Program-made: the position numbers and the translations under genes
Source of the DNA: a virus
Lineage: Duplodnaviria > Caudoviricetes
Direction: 5' to 3' (one strand)
IMG/VR virus record: IMGVR_UViG_3300048892_000070
Location: 1 to 35,569 of that record
DNA: 35,569 bases
Shown here: piece after piece, positions 34,395 through 35,569 of the stretch
How positions within the stretch are numbered: position 1 is the first letter of the stretch
How the letters are laid out: each line of letters begins with the position of its first letter
The notes under the pieces: model-generated
Databases searched by the model: none
What the model was told of the DNA's origin: nothing
Seen by the model: only the letters and a program-made list of their open reading frames with translations

Positions 34395-35464
34395 GCGTCC
34401 ATCCAACGAGGACAGGCAAGTGGGAAGTGCGCTACCGGGAGGGAACGCGCAACCGGAGCAAGACCTTCGACCGCAAGAGCGATGCGGGCAGCTTCGACAT
34501 CAGACAGAAGGAGAAGCGCCAGCGCGGCGAGCAGATCATCAGGCCCCGCGACACGCCAACGCTCGAGGCTCTCGCGGGTCGGCTGACCGAGAAGCGAGCG
34601 GCGGACGGGATCGCCACGAATACGCTCCTGTTCAACGGCAGCGTCTTCGACAAGCACATCTCGCCCTATCTCGGCCACCTGCGAGTCGCTGAAATCTCCC
34701 CCGAGCGCCTTGACGAGTGGCAGGCCGAGTGCCCTGCGTCCGCCTACATGATGAATCGGGCGATGGAGTACCTGGGCCAGCTCCTCGCCTATGCCAAGCA
34801 GCTTCGATACGTGGAGACCAACCACGCGGCAGACCTCAAACGTCGCCCCCACCGGACCCGCAAGGGAAAGACCGCCTCACCCGCTCAGGTCGAGGCGATG
34901 CGGGACTACTTCCTGAGCAAGAAACGGCTGGGCTACGCGACCCTGATCTCAGTCTCGGCCTACGTGGGCATCAGGCCCGACGAAACCCTGCAACTGCGGT
35001 GGGACTCGCTCAATGGCCGGCGGTTCTTCATCGAGGCCGAGATGAGCAAGACCGAGAAAGCTCGCTATCCCGAGATCCCCGATCCTGTTCTTGCAGACCT
35101 CGCCCAATGGCGGCTTGCCCAGGGAAGTCCCGAGGGCCTGATCTTCCCGCGTTCGGATGGGGTGCCCTGGCGTAAGACGGACCGAGACAACTGGCGAGCC
35201 CGGTGGTTTCGTCCCGCTGAAGAGGCGGCGGGGCTTGAGGGCTTCCGCCCCTACGACCTTCGCCATACCTGCGCGTCACTAATGCTCAGGGCGCAGATTC
35301 CACCGGCAGACGTAGCCGAGCACATGGGCCACGGCTTACGAGTCTTGTTCGACACCTATGGCCACGAGATCGAGGGAATGCGCGGAATGCCTGCGGTCCC
35401 GATGGCCCAAGCAATTCAGGAAGCGCGTGGTTTGGATGTTCGGAGAAAGTTCGGAGCGGCCTGA
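34391..35464 (+). CDS. int: Tyrosine integrase
   Basis: Arm-binding N-terminus 'WEVRYR...SKTF', GIRPDE, YDLRH, MGH and catalytic Tyr in DTYGH. Confidence 0.95.
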   Translation: MSVHPTRTGKWEVRYREGTRNRSKTFDRKSDAGSFDIRQKEKRQRGEQIIRPRDTPTLEALAGRLTEKRAADGIATNTLLFNGSVFDKHISPYLGHLRVAEISPERLDEWQAECPASAYMMNRAMEYLGQLLAYAKQLRYVETNHAADLKRRPHRTRKGKTASPAQVEAMRDYFLSKKRLGYATLISVSAYVGIRPDETLQLRWDSLNGRRFFIEAEMSKTEKARYPEIPDPVLADLAQWRLAQGSPEGLIFPRSDGVPWRKTDRDNWRARWFRPAEEAAGLEGFRPYDLRHTCASLMLRAQIPPADVAEHMGHGLRVLFDTYGHEIEGMRGMPAVPMAQAIQEARGLDVRRKFGAA

Positions 35465-35496
35465 CAATGAGCGCTCGTAAAGACGTTCGTTTCCAA

Positions 35497-35568
35497 TGGG
35501 CGCGCGGAGAGTCGAACTCCGGACCTCTCGCGTGTGAAGCGAGCGCTCTCCCACTGAGCTACGCGCCC
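35497..35568 (-). tRNA. tRNA-Val (anticodon CAC), probable attachment site
   Basis: GGGCGCG acceptor stem, TAGCTCAGTGGGAGAGC D-arm, CTCGC-TTCACAC-GCGAG anticodon arm, GTTCGA T-loop. CCA not encoded. Confidence 0.97.
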
Positions 35569-35569
35569 G

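Larger units (their letters stand above)
1..35496. mobile_element. Temperate prophage, probably podovirus-like (left end outside window)
   Basis: Contiguous head, tail, lysis, immunity, replication and xis-int modules. Integrase ends 32 bp from the 3' end of a tRNA gene. Confidence 0.93.

Overview
The window is the greater part of a GC-rich temperate prophage, integrated next to a host tRNA-Val(CAC) at the right edge. The terminase, most of the portal and the other att site lie left of the window. Gene order on +: portal C-terminus, small head-region genes, scaffold, major capsid, a GT2 glycosyltransferase, adaptor, nozzle, fibre, beta-helix tailspike, and three ejection-type proteins (the last is 1952 aa with C-terminal peptidoglycan hydrolase domains). 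No tape measure or tail tube is recognisable, so it is probably podovirus-like. Next come the lysis module with an HNH gene, a nuclease and a phosphoesterase, a reverse-strand sulfotransferase, and a very compact cI/cro switch. The long early operon encodes a pentapeptide-repeat protein, an SSB-like protein, a short replication-initiator-like protein, an mIHF-like protein, two DNA methyltransferases, many small modular ORFs, Xis and a tyrosine integrase. The host is probably an actinobacterium, possibly Thermoleophilia (inference from the mIHF-like gene and gene style). The most striking unexplained signal is a hand-foldable RNA around the scaffold start codon with four copies of one CAAG/ACA internal loop, plus a hairpin hiding the capsid RBS. 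All calls come from motif reading by eye; no searches or folding programs were run.
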